Shown: positions 55,296 through 64,000, counted from the first letter of the stretch. The stretch is DNA of 64,000 bases from an uncultured Kofleriaceae bacterium (GCA_964618145.1 CAZTZR010000008.1:1743-65742); one strand, 5' to 3'. Notes: a model not told the origin generated them from the letters alone. Translations and numbers: made by a program.

Positions 55296-55861
55296 CACAC
55301 CTGTTGTTCTGTGCACTTTTCCTTTTGGGCTCGCCGGAAGAGCACCCGCCGGAGGGGCTGAACCGGCGCTTTTCTTTTGGTATCGGTGCCCAATTGGGTC
55401 TGGGACCCCACGGGACTGCCGGATTGATCGGCAGCATGCGGTTTTCCGGTATTGCCGGCATTGACATGGAATACGACTTCAACCGCGTGACATCCACACC
55501 GTCGAGTTCCTCCCGGGAAGTTTCGGATCTTCTGTTTACCCCCAATTACAAACTCATGGGGGTGGTGAACTTCTTCCGGGAGAAGAACTGGTCTCCATAT
55601 GCCCTCTTTGGTCTGGGAATTGATCTGGGAGCCGATTTCAACCGGTCCAATCTTATTGGCGGTGCAGGACTGGAATTCACGTTCCTGCAAAACCGGATTG
55701 TTTTTTCCCTGGGTTTCCGGTTGTTTTTGCCCCGGCCAGTGGATGTGGAACGTCAGCGGGAAAGACGCCTGATGGACGGAAATCCCTCACTTCCTTCCTA
55801 CACTGATTACTATAATTTCGATCAGTACCAGATCACCCTTTCCGTTCGTGTTTACTATTGA
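55292..55861 (+). CDS. Putative outer-membrane beta-barrel protein
   Basis: Signal-like N-terminus; alternating strands (SPYALFGLG, GGAGLEF); ends QITLSVRVYY. Confidence 0.6.
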   Translation: MTHLLFCALFLLGSPEEHPPEGLNRRFSFGIGAQLGLGPHGTAGLIGSMRFSGIAGIDMEYDFNRVTSTPSSSSREVSDLLFTPNYKLMGVVNFFREKNWSPYALFGLGIDLGADFNRSNLIGGAGLEFTFLQNRIVFSLGFRLFLPRPVDVERQRERRLMDGNPSLPSYTDYYNFDQYQITLSVRVYY

Positions 55862-55929
55862 ACCGGGCCATTTCTGCCATGTTCACCGGTGAAGAGGATG
55901 ATGGGGGGGTACCTGCGCGGCGGGTATGA

Positions 55930-56634
55930 CTACTTTTTCTCAATGGTTGAAAGGACGGTCTGTCTGGGAAGTTTTTTGGTGCAGAAAAACCAGTCGTAGC
56001 ACGTCATGTCTTCCTTGCCTTCCATGCGATCCCTGGCGGTGCCGCAGGAACCTGCCGGGGGCACAATGACATCGTCTCCGGGCCGCCAGTCAGCCGGTGT
56101 GGCGATGGAAAAGGCATCGGCAGTTTGCAGTGCCTGAACGACCCGGACCAGTTCGTCAAAATTGCGTCCCATGCTCAGTGGGTAATAGATGATGGTGCGG
56201 ATGATTCCTTTGGGATCAATTACAAAGACGGCCCGTACTGCCTTGGTATGGCTTTCTCCTGGTTGGATCATGCCATATTTTTTGGCCACTTCCATGGTGA
56301 TGTCTTCGATGAGCGGGAAAGTGATTTCCACATTCTTCATGCCCCGGTATTCGATTTTTTCCTTGATGGTGCGCAACCAGGCAATATGACTGTACAGTCC
56401 ATCCACGGAAAGACCCACGAGTTTGCAGTTGAGTTTTTCAAATTCGGGTTCCAGACTGGCAAAAGTCATGAACTCGGATGTACAAACGGGGGTAAAGTCG
56501 GCCGGATGGGAAAAAAGAATGACCCATTGACCGGCATATTGTTCCGGAAACAGGATTTCTCCCTGGGTGGTGACTGCCTTGAAGGACGGGGCGGTATCAC
56601 CGATACGTGGCATGGGAACAAAAGAATTTTCCAT
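55930..56634 (-). CDS. Peroxiredoxin (Prx6/archaeal-like type)
   Basis: HPADFTPVCTSE peroxidatic Cys, GLSVD, YYPLSMGRNFDE, TPADW, CYDWFFC. Confidence 0.93.
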   Translation of the reverse strand: MENSFVPMPRIGDTAPSFKAVTTQGEILFPEQYAGQWVILFSHPADFTPVCTSEFMTFASLEPEFEKLNCKLVGLSVDGLYSHIAWLRTIKEKIEYRGMKNVEITFPLIEDITMEVAKKYGMIQPGESHTKAVRAVFVIDPKGIIRTIIYYPLSMGRNFDELVRVVQALQTADAFSIATPADWRPGDDVIVPPAGSCGTARDRMEGKEDMTCYDWFFCTKKLPRQTVLSTIEKK

Positions 56635-56688
56635 TTGAATCTCTCCTTTTCGGGGTTTGTATTTCGGCCTTGTGGGCCGATGGGAACA

Positions 56689-56716
56689 AGCATAATGCTT
56701 CTCCTTCCACTGTCAA
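56689..56716 (-). promoter_or_regulatory. Candidate sigma70-type promoter of the peroxiredoxin gene
   Basis: Minus strand TTGACA-N16-TATGCT. Confidence 0.5.
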
Positions 56717-57000
56717 TGATTTCGGATATGTAATTCCGTATTTTTTCCGTTTGACGATTTGCCTGCTTTGCAGAGTCCCGCGAGTCTGAAAACAATCATC
56801 TGTCCTTTTTGCATCCGGAGTTTCCTGAGTGGCAGACCATCCGGGCCGTTTCCGGGTAATTGCCGGTTCCTCGGTGCCCTGGGTGGTATTCGATGCAGAA
56901 GATGGGAGATTAGGTGATTCCCTTCGGATGCACCAACACCATACTTCCGCTTTCGGGTTACGTGAATGAAAACTGTTTGTTGGCGAGAACCACTCGGTTT

Positions 57001-57029
57001 TTGACAAACATTTCCGGATGGGCTATGTT
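57001..57029 (+). promoter_or_regulatory. Candidate sigma70-type promoter of the 57049 gene
   Basis: TTGACA-N17-TATGTT. Confidence 0.5.
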
Positions 57030-57048
57030 GCGGGGCTGAGGTGTAGGC

Positions 57049-57540
57049 ATGTGGATCATCATCGTAGCCGCAGTGGTTTCCTTTTTGACCGGAATCGCAT
57101 TTGCAGCCTGGATTATTGTTCGTCTCCGGAAGTTGCCCGGCCTGCCCGTGCAGGAGATTGGAACCCGGGTTGCTCCTGCCACCGGGGCCGTCGAAGACCG
57201 TACGCGTCCGGTGGAACGGCTGGAACTTGAAATCCTTGCGGAAGAAGCCAGAAAACCAAGGGGGCTGGCGGCATTCGAAGAGAAGACCCGTCAGGTGGCG
57301 GAATTTGAATTTTCCGATCTTCTCCAGATCGATCACGAGGAAATGATTGCCGAACCGGTGGCCACCGACAGCGAGGAGCAGATGGAAATCGCCCGCCAGG
57401 ACATCCGGAGACTGGAGTTGGTCATTGAGAACAGTGGGCCTTTGCCTTCCACAAAGCCGGGTGGATTCACCCTGGCCGCCGTGCCACCTTCCCATTATGT
57501 GTTCACCACCCGTTCAGACAGCACCGGACTGATGAACTGA
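57049..57540 (+). CDS. Membrane-anchored hypothetical protein
   Basis: N-terminal TM (WIIIVAAVVSFLTGIAFAAWIIV) followed by an acidic helical region. Confidence 0.7.
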   Translation: MWIIIVAAVVSFLTGIAFAAWIIVRLRKLPGLPVQEIGTRVAPATGAVEDRTRPVERLELEILAEEARKPRGLAAFEEKTRQVAEFEFSDLLQIDHEEMIAEPVATDSEEQMEIARQDIRRLELVIENSGPLPSTKPGGFTLAAVPPSHYVFTTRSDSTGLMN

Positions 57541-57555
57541 TCCGGCAGGAACTGC

Positions 57556-58725
57556 ATGGGCTTGCGAATAGTTCCGCGACTGGATCCTCCTGCAGGGATT
57601 CCCACCATACTGCGCAGCAAGGCGCAAAAGCGCATGGATGAAATCGAAAAGGAGGGCATCAGGGCGCTGGAATCCGTCACGCGGGGCAGGGGTCTGGTCA
57701 TCACCCCGGATGTGGTGGAAGCAGCCCGTCAACATGTTACTCCTCCCCAGCAGGCAGCGCTGGAAAGTCTTTCCCACATCCAGCACAAGGTGGCCCTCAG
57801 ACAGTACGAGAGCATTCGTCCCTGCGTACTGGATCCCACCACCGGAGTGAAGATTGTGCAGGAAATCCGTCCGGTTTCCTCCATGGCGGTGGTGGCCCCC
57901 GGTACATGGGATGAACAGGTGCCCCATGTTTTGTCTGCGGAACTGGCTGCCGCCCGGGTGGCCGGAGTGCCCAGGCGGGCCGTTTTCCTGGAGCCCGATG
58001 CGGCGGGAGGGGTTTCCCCGGTGAGTATTCTGGCTGCAGGGATCGGGGAGGCCACGGAGATCTACCGGGCCGGGGGTGTGCAGGCATTGATGGCGCTGGC
58101 CCGGGGATGGATGGGTTTTGTACCCGAAAGAACGGATCTGGCTGGAGGAAACCGTCTGACCCACGCTGCATATGCACAATTGTTCGGAGCACCGGCCCTT
58201 CCGAAATATGATCTTCTGGTGGTAACGGACAGCCAGTCTGGAGTGATCCCGGTCATGGACATCCTCTCCACCTGGCTGAATGACGATCCCCTTTCCACTG
58301 TAGGATTCTGCACCACCTCCAGTCGGCTGGTTGCACGGATGGAAAGCCACATGAACGAATTGTCTTCGCCGAAACCTGCCTGGACAAGGGATTTGTCCCA
58401 GGTGCCCGTGGTGGTGAGTTCCACGGTGGATGAGGCGCTAAGGCAGAGCGCCGCCTACAGGGTGGAGTATCTCGTTCTCCTTGTTGCACGTCCGGAGCAA
58501 TACGTCCCCCAGATTCAGCACGCATCCCATATCGTCATGGGGGACAACGCGTCCGCCTGGATTTCACGTCGTGCCTTTCATGCAGGGGTACTGGGCGCGG
58601 ATGCCGGAAACACCCTTGGAAACTCCGGGGTGTACTCCTACCTGCGCAGCGTCACGGTTGAAAAGATCAACCACAAGGCCGCCGAGCGTCTCCGGGTGCA
58701 TCTGAACCAGATCTGCAGAACCTGA
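57556..58725 (+). CDS. Histidinol dehydrogenase-like protein with degenerate active site
   Basis: IRPVSSMAVVAPG, AARVAGV, IYRAGGVQALMALA, GGN match the HisD fold; SQAEHD, PEHL and GDY..G.NH motifs are not conserved. Confidence 0.75.
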   Translation: MGLRIVPRLDPPAGIPTILRSKAQKRMDEIEKEGIRALESVTRGRGLVITPDVVEAARQHVTPPQQAALESLSHIQHKVALRQYESIRPCVLDPTTGVKIVQEIRPVSSMAVVAPGTWDEQVPHVLSAELAAARVAGVPRRAVFLEPDAAGGVSPVSILAAGIGEATEIYRAGGVQALMALARGWMGFVPERTDLAGGNRLTHAAYAQLFGAPALPKYDLLVVTDSQSGVIPVMDILSTWLNDDPLSTVGFCTTSSRLVARMESHMNELSSPKPAWTRDLSQVPVVVSSTVDEALRQSAAYRVEYLVLLVARPEQYVPQIQHASHIVMGDNASAWISRRAFHAGVLGADAGNTLGNSGVYSYLRSVTVEKINHKAAERLRVHLNQICRT

Positions 58726-58796
58726 TTGCGGCGGTCCTGATACAACAATGTCCTTGGAGCATCGAACTTGCCCGGCGTTGTGACAGCATGTCCCCG

Positions 58797-60233
58797 TCAA
58801 CGGCATTCGGCGGGTCCTTCGCCGCATTCGGCAGGTCCTTCGGGGCAGGCGACCATGCAGGTCGTCCATTGGGGACAGGTGCCGATGGTGGCAGAGGGTA
58901 TGCACACCGGTTGCTGGCCGAAGCCGGGAATGTCAGCCGTGGCACATTGTCCGTAGAATCCGCAATCCGGGTTCAGCACACAGGTGTCCAGACAAAAGGA
59001 GAAACCGCTGGTGTCCCCGGGGACCGGGGCACAGTACCCCCGCAGGCAGTCCGAGTGCCGGGTGCAGATCTCACAGGTATCCTTTCCGCCTGACGGAACG
59101 AGACAACTGCCCGTGCGTGGCACGCAGAAGGAGCCGGAATCGCCAGTGTCTTCACAAATGGTGCCATCGGGGCATTCTTCCTGGGTTTCACAGCCCGGAC
59201 TGCAGGTGTATTGCCAGGCAGCCTTTCCCAGGATGCAATGAAGGTCTTGTCCACAGTCCGTGTCGGTGAAGCAGCCTGAGCAGACCTGCCCGTCTCCCAC
59301 GCAGGAGCCGGCGGCCACCACACACTGGAATGATGATCTGGCGGGGTCACAGTCGCCGGGACAGGCATCGCAGTCATCCACCCAGCCAGGGGGATTATCA
59401 CAGGAGAACACCTCCTGGCATTCGGTGTCCAGAGGGCAGGTGCCCGACATGCCCGGGTCGCACTCACGGGAACAATACCGGGATGTCAGGTCACCGGTGA
59501 GAATGCAACGGTCTGCCGGTTGACCGCACTGGCTGTCCAGTTGGCAGGTTTCGCAATACAGGCGGGGTATGCACCATTTTTCTCCCGTGAAGTCCAACCG
59601 GCAGCCCATGTCGGGAGGGCATTCCCGGTCAGAAGCACAAGGATGGGAGCAAACCTGGAGATTTCCCTCGATGGAGAAAAAGTCCCGGCATTCCAGGCCA
59701 TCAGCGCAGGATTCCACGCTGCAGTCTCGACCGGTGTTGCCAGGTCCGGTGTCGAAGTCGATGCCCACACACCAGAATTCCCCTGAACTGCGGGCGCAGA
59801 AGGTACCATCCACACAATCAGTCTGATCCCGGCAGGGAACCGAACACACGTTTTCCATGCATGCGAGCCGGGAGTCTGACGGGCAGGCATCCTGTTCCGC
59901 ACAGGGCAGACAATCTGTCGTGTCGTCACACCGGGCCCCCACGGGTTGTTTTGGTGCGCAGAAAAAGTCGATGCAGCCATATCCGTCACGGCAGTCCGAA
60001 TTCTGTTCGCAGGAAGGAAGACACCATGCGTTTTCGGAAAAAACAACGCAGGTGCCTTTTTTACAGGGTTCGGTTTCCGAACAGGCAAATGTGCACATGC
60101 CGTTTGGAAGTCCCAGGTTGCAGACGCCGCCACAGACGGAGTCCTTGTCACAGGGAGCCCCGAACCGTGGGGTTTCCGGACCGCAACCGGCCGAAAGAAG
60201 GGAAATGATGAAAAAGGAGAAAAACTTGCGCAT
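58797..60233 (-). CDS. Cys-rich lipoprotein
   Basis: Lipobox SAGC; repeated C..D.DC/CxxC..DxxC motifs along the whole length. Confidence 0.85.
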   Translation of the reverse strand: MRKFFSFFIISLLSAGCGPETPRFGAPCDKDSVCGGVCNLGLPNGMCTFACSETEPCKKGTCVVFSENAWCLPSCEQNSDCRDGYGCIDFFCAPKQPVGARCDDTTDCLPCAEQDACPSDSRLACMENVCSVPCRDQTDCVDGTFCARSSGEFWCVGIDFDTGPGNTGRDCSVESCADGLECRDFFSIEGNLQVCSHPCASDRECPPDMGCRLDFTGEKWCIPRLYCETCQLDSQCGQPADRCILTGDLTSRYCSRECDPGMSGTCPLDTECQEVFSCDNPPGWVDDCDACPGDCDPARSSFQCVVAAGSCVGDGQVCSGCFTDTDCGQDLHCILGKAAWQYTCSPGCETQEECPDGTICEDTGDSGSFCVPRTGSCLVPSGGKDTCEICTRHSDCLRGYCAPVPGDTSGFSFCLDTCVLNPDCGFYGQCATADIPGFGQQPVCIPSATIGTCPQWTTCMVACPEGPAECGEGPAECR

Positions 60234-60248
60234 GATGGCTCATCAACC

Positions 60249-61010
60249 TCAGACAAGAAAAATGTTCCTGCTTTCGGATTCGGTGATTTTCATGGAGTAG
60301 CCGCCCACAGTCACAATGATGCCGTCCGCTACCAGATGATCTATTTCCACGGGGCTTTCAGGCAGGATGCCGCGGTCCAGCATGGCCCGTCGCTGTTTCT
60401 GGGCTCCTCCGATTTTGAGGATCACTCCCTTGTCGCCAGGCTTCAGGTCCGACAGGGGGCGGGTCCGGTCCTGGCAACCGCCAGACGGAGTTATGCAGGG
60501 TTGCTCCTTTTCGGTACATTTGTCACACTGGTGATCCATGGGATGGGAGCCCTTGCAGGTCTGGAAACGCTCCCAGTATTTCAAAAAAGCATTGGGGCAC
60601 ACATGCAGGAATTCGAAAAAACGCACCAACTTGTCCATGGCATTTTCCGAAAGACTGTGTTCCATGGCGCAGGCTTCCAGTTCGCTCTCTTCGAGTTCCA
60701 TTTTCAGAATCTCGTGAAAAAAACGCGACAAAAGTTCGTGCCTCGAAAAAATCTTGCGTGCTTCCTTCTCCCCGGCCTCCGTGAGTTTGATGTATTCCCG
60801 CTGGACATATTCTACAAGGCCGAGTTCTGACAACCGGCGCATGGCGGGAGAGACGGAACCTGCCTTGACGTTCCGGGCCCGTACAATATCCTTGACCCGG
60901 ACGAATCCGTGGGCCTGATTGAACTGGAAAATGGTCAGCAGATAATCCTCCAGGGCCTGGGTCAGTCCATCTTTGTCGACTTTCTTTTTCCGGTTTTTGC
61001 AGGTCATCAT
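60249..61010 (-). CDS. DtxR/MntR-family metal-dependent regulator with C-terminal FeoA domain
   Basis: Start moved to MMTCKN (GAGGT SD); LTQALEDYL..I, VSPAMRRL..GLV, RHELL..F, EAC.MEH; PLSDLKPGDKG..RGILP. Confidence 0.9.
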   Translation of the reverse strand: MMTCKNRKKKVDKDGLTQALEDYLLTIFQFNQAHGFVRVKDIVRARNVKAGSVSPAMRRLSELGLVEYVQREYIKLTEAGEKEARKIFSRHELLSRFFHEILKMELEESELEACAMEHSLSENAMDKLVRFFEFLHVCPNAFLKYWERFQTCKGSHPMDHQCDKCTEKEQPCITPSGGCQDRTRPLSDLKPGDKGVILKIGGAQKQRRAMLDRGILPESPVEIDHLVADGIIVTVGGYSMKITESESRNIFLV

Positions 61011-61098
61011 AGATACCTCTTTCAAGTTGCCTTCATTTCTAACAGATTTTGACTGGAGTGGAAACCGGATATTTTGAGTCAAAAAAGAGTCAGGGAAT

Positions 61099-61908
61099 TC
61101 ATGCACCGGCATCCCGGCCATAGCGGTCAGATAGGCGGATGATGTCTGATTCGTCAAAGGCATCCCCGAGTTGGACTTCCACCAGCATCAAGGACACGGT
61201 TCCCGTATTTTTCAGCCAGTGTACCGTGACACGGGGAATATGCAGGGTATCCCCCGCCTTCACCGGAATGAAGGTGTCTTCAAGCCTGAAAAGCCCTGAG
61301 CCCCTGACAATGGTCCAGTGTTCCTCCCGGTGCAGGTGTTTTTGCAGACTCAGTTCCTGGCCAGGTTCCAGGGACAGGATTTTGGTGTGGCAAAAGTCCG
61401 TGTTCAGAAGACTGCGGAAAAAACCCCAGGGGCGGTGGACGGGTTCAGGCGGTGTCCGGTCATGTTCCAGGAAGTTACCCATGGTGTCCCAAGGTAGATC
61501 CTCGCACAGGAATTGGAAAAAACCCGTTTTTGAAATGCAGTTTACTACCCGGTCCCGGGTGTCCAGCACCGGCAGGTGGTCGATGGGGTTCTGCATGAAC
61601 AATTCCGTCGTTTCTTCCCGGGTGGCAAAGATCGAAAGCGCTGGCGTGGGCCTTCTCTTTTCCCTTGCAAATCCAAGAGGAGTTTCCATACGCCTGAGTT
61701 GTCTCAGCAACTGATGAAGGCGGGTTCTGTCCAGAAAACTGCTGAGCCTGCCCTGGTGATCTGTCACGATGGCGAATCCTCCCGGCATGCTTTCGATGAC
61801 CTGCATGGCATCTTCGATCGTGTTTTCCTCGAACAGCAGGTAGGGGAGAATGGCCGGTTGCAGGTCCAGCAGACCGGAGACCTGTTTTTTGAATGCTAAT
61901 TGTCCCAT
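61099..61908 (-). CDS. CBS-pair + cupin (type II mannose-6-phosphate isomerase C-terminal-like) protein
   Basis: AGGAGG SD; TIEDAMQVI..AIVTDHQGRL, IDHLPVLD..DRVV; RPWG..KIL..PGQELSLQKHLHREEHWTIVRG. Confidence 0.8.
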   Translation of the reverse strand: MGQLAFKKQVSGLLDLQPAILPYLLFEENTIEDAMQVIESMPGGFAIVTDHQGRLSSFLDRTRLHQLLRQLRRMETPLGFAREKRRPTPALSIFATREETTELFMQNPIDHLPVLDTRDRVVNCISKTGFFQFLCEDLPWDTMGNFLEHDRTPPEPVHRPWGFFRSLLNTDFCHTKILSLEPGQELSLQKHLHREEHWTIVRGSGLFRLEDTFIPVKAGDTLHIPRVTVHWLKNTGTVSLMLVEVQLGDAFDESDIIRLSDRYGRDAGA

Positions 61909-61962
61909 CCGGACCTCCTGAATCCGCGGTTAGCATTTTCCGTGCCAAAGCATCTCAGCGCC

Positions 61963-62148
61963 GGTCAAGTCCCTTGGTCCTGGACGCTGAAGTGTTTTTC
62001 AAAGACATGCTACAGGGGACGCCCGCAAAAGGCGTCGCCGTGGCGCAAGGGACGCCCGCAAAAGGGTGTCCCGTTGGAGGCGACAACGTCGCCGTGGCGC
62101 AAGGGACGCCCGCAAAAGGGTGTCCCGTTGGAGGCGACAACGTCGCCG
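61963..62148. repeat. Dispersed element copy B plus 54-bp tandem mosaic of two hairpins
   Basis: GGGACGCCCGCAAAAGG at 62016, 62049, 62103; exact 54-bp period over 62033-62148; second hairpin GGCGAC-AAC-GTCGCC. Confidence 0.92.
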
Positions 62149-62433
62149 GGTGAATTCCCCATAGGGTAGGTCTGAGTGGACTTGTGCAGCGCTGTCAGCG
62201 TTTTGACTCCACTGTTTGGAAAAAAGAAAAAACCGGAAGCAGGAGTTTTGCTGCCGTCCGGACCCAAAATATATGCACAAGGAACCGTGAAAATAATATA
62301 CGTTGTGTTTGGCTCGCACAGATTTTTCTGAATGAAAAAAACGGTCTTGTGAAAAAACGTCTTTTGATTACCATTCGTTTTTGGAAACTGGTGTTGTATG
62401 TCGGCCCTGTAACAGGGCACAAAGGAGCAAACC

Positions 62434-63351
62434 ATGGCCAATTCAGAACCTGTGGAAATCCGTCCCATGCCCAAAACCATCGAGATGCGGACAGAAGCAG
62501 ATGTGCGTGCGTTCGTGAAATTGATCAAGGATCGGAAAAGTACCGTGGTACGTAGTTACAAACCCTTTGGGGATGTGGTGGAAATCCAGTGCGAACTGCC
62601 CCAGGACAAAAAGGGTTCCGAACTGGCCCCGGAAAGGTCGTTTTCCCTGTTTTTTGCACTTACCCCGAGTGCAGCCAAGACGTTCCGGGAAAGGTTTCTC
62701 AAGAAAGTCCTTGGGGGGGAAAGCGACAAGGAAATACAATCCATGGCTCCCTGGGATGCCTATCGTGAGGAGTCAGATGCCGCTTCGGCATTCGGGCTTT
62801 CCAAACCGCTGGAAGCCGGAAATCTGCAGATGTTTTTCTTTACCAAGGCTCCGAAAAGCGAAGCCGTCAAGACGGCTTTTACCGAGATTCAGGAGTCCCT
62901 GAAAAAGAAAATCAAGGTCCAGGAGTGGTGGCCCCTCGCCCAGCAATTCCGCCCTACATGGTTGGGCCCCGGAGTGGTGGCTGGCGTATTGGCTCTGGCT
63001 GCTCTGGTCATCGGAGTGTTCATCCAGGAGCCGCTGTATCACTTCGGTCGGACCACCGCGTCAGGGATACCAAACATCGCCATTGCCGGATTTTTCCTGG
63101 TGATGGCGGTCCTGGCACTTTTACGCCGGGTCACCATCACGTTTTTGTTCCTGCTGCTCACAGAGGCGGTGACCATTGTCCAGTTGATTCTGGGGTATAT
63201 TTTTGGCGTCAAGGCCGGTTCCTGGGATCTTTCCTCCGCATTGATTGCATTGTTGAGTTTTTTCATGCTGATCTGGATTCCGATCCGCCGGGCAGATTTC
63301 CACCTGTATTCCTTTTCGGAATTCTGGCGGCGCATTACCTTCAGGAGCTAG
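62434..63351 (+). CDS. Membrane hypothetical protein (soluble N-terminus, about 4 C-terminal TMs)
   Basis: 305-aa ORF with GGAG SD; hydrophobic segments after WLGPG. Confidence 0.75.
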   Translation: MANSEPVEIRPMPKTIEMRTEADVRAFVKLIKDRKSTVVRSYKPFGDVVEIQCELPQDKKGSELAPERSFSLFFALTPSAAKTFRERFLKKVLGGESDKEIQSMAPWDAYREESDAASAFGLSKPLEAGNLQMFFFTKAPKSEAVKTAFTEIQESLKKKIKVQEWWPLAQQFRPTWLGPGVVAGVLALAALVIGVFIQEPLYHFGRTTASGIPNIAIAGFFLVMAVLALLRRVTITFLFLLLTEAVTIVQLILGYIFGVKAGSWDLSSALIALLSFFMLIWIPIRRADFHLYSFSEFWRRITFRS

Positions 63352-63404
63352 AAGCGTTTCATTTTCCCCGGAGGATTTCAAAGCCAGGCAATTGGGGATA
63401 TGTA

Positions 63405-64000
63405 TCAGGGATATGTCAGCCGGAAGTTGTCCAGGTACACATCGAAATAGAAGTCTTGAACCTCTATTTCCAGATCAATCCGGACGGTTTGTCCTGCATG
63501 GGCGGAAAGGTCCACAGTAAAGGTCTGCATGGAATCCAGGAAAACTTCATCCACCCCGTCGGTGGTTTTGTACGGGGTTGAGAGAATTTCGTCTGTTCCG
63601 GGGTGACGAATGTGCAATGCGATGTACTGGGAAAAGTCGTCGAAGCCACCAGCATGGTTTCGATATTGCATGTCCCATCGAAGGACTGTGGGAAAATCAG
63701 GCAGCGTGACATCCTGGTACATCCGGTGTAGGGAAGGTCCATCTTGAAGATTGACGGCCAGCCGGGATCCTTGTGTGGCCGTGACGGTGAAGGGGAGACC
63801 CACTGACGATGATACAGTATCCATGCCCGTGAAAAAATCATGCATCATCTGCCATGGTTCCAGGGTTTGCCCATGCTGGGCAATTCCCCACAGGTTGGAC
63901 CAGTTGTCGATGAAGAGCGTCCATCCAGAGTAATCACCGGTTTCAAAACTGCCGTTTTCGATGAAAGTCCGGCAAATTCCTTCAGCGCAAACTTGATCCG
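63405..64000 (-). CDS. 5'-partial protein: Cys-containing segment then carbohydrate-binding-like jelly-roll domain
   Basis: Frame of 63405..63848 stays open to the window edge: DQVCAEGICRTFIENGSFETGDYSGWTLF...AHAGQTVRIDLE..YLDNFRL. Confidence 0.7.
   Translation of the reverse strand, partial: DQVCAEGICRTFIENGSFETGDYSGWTLFIDNWSNLWGIAQHGQTLEPWQMMHDFFTGMDTVSSSVGLPFTVTATQGSRLAVNLQDGPSLHRMYQDVTLPDFPTVLRWDMQYRNHAGGFDDFSQYIALHIRHPGTDEILSTPYKTTDGVDEVFLDSMQTFTVDLSAHAGQTVRIDLEIEVQDFYFDVYLDNFRLTYP

Noticed and set aside
57032-57040. GGGGCTGA resembling a tmRNA 5' end
   Set aside because: No GATTCGAC D-loop sequence or tRNA-like 3' end; lies between the promoter and start of the 57049 gene.
61930-61948. 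TTAGCA-N7-TGCCAA as a CIRCE element
   Set aside because: Does not match TTAGCACTC-N9-GAGTGCTAA and is not upstream of a chaperone gene; no CIRCE seen before groES, dnaK or hslV.
62016-62148. Mini CRISPR array
   Set aside because: The intervening sequences are identical rather than unique spacers, and no cas genes are present.
61893-62319. Short ORFs over the tandem repeat (VAQGTPAKGCPVGGDN...)
   Set aside because: They are products of the 54-bp (multiple-of-3) period; no SD or other coding evidence.

Overview
Densely coding, GC-rich bacterial chromosome segment with about 54 protein-coding loci. A Myxococcota/deltaproteobacterial origin is inferred from many CGxG...EQCD Cys-rich repeat lipoproteins, a myxobacterial-type FHA protein, a J-domain/TPR + DnaK paralog pair and an AgmX/PglI-type C-terminal domain. 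Housekeeping genes (hslV, hslU, MurF-Alr fusion, dnaK paralog, thiD, kdd, infA, csrA, glyA, deoB, nadD fusion, pyk, abgT-family transporter, groES, murB, peroxiredoxin) are interleaved with unknown secreted, lipoprotein and membrane genes. I found no rRNA, tRNA, CRISPR array, transposase, integrase or reverse transcriptase. Best leads: (1) a lipoprotein (18131..19939) that appears to join two TM-less ExbD-like domains to a TonB-C-like domain; (2) a dispersed hairpin repeat family (8520, 32157, 61963) that also forms a 54-bp tandem mosaic; (3) apparent pseudo-enzymes of HisD, signal peptidase I and an alkyl-DHAP-synthase-like oxidase; (4) six lipoproteins/secreted proteins with a Cys-rich stalk, five carrying different tip domains, one with an (NNX)19 tract; (5) two interrupted genes (in-frame TAA at 148-150; +1 frameshift at 39882-39885); (6) GGA-loop hairpins antisense to the csrA leader. 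All calls rest on motifs read by eye; no database searches were run. Where I moved a start codon from the ORF track, the evidence field says so.
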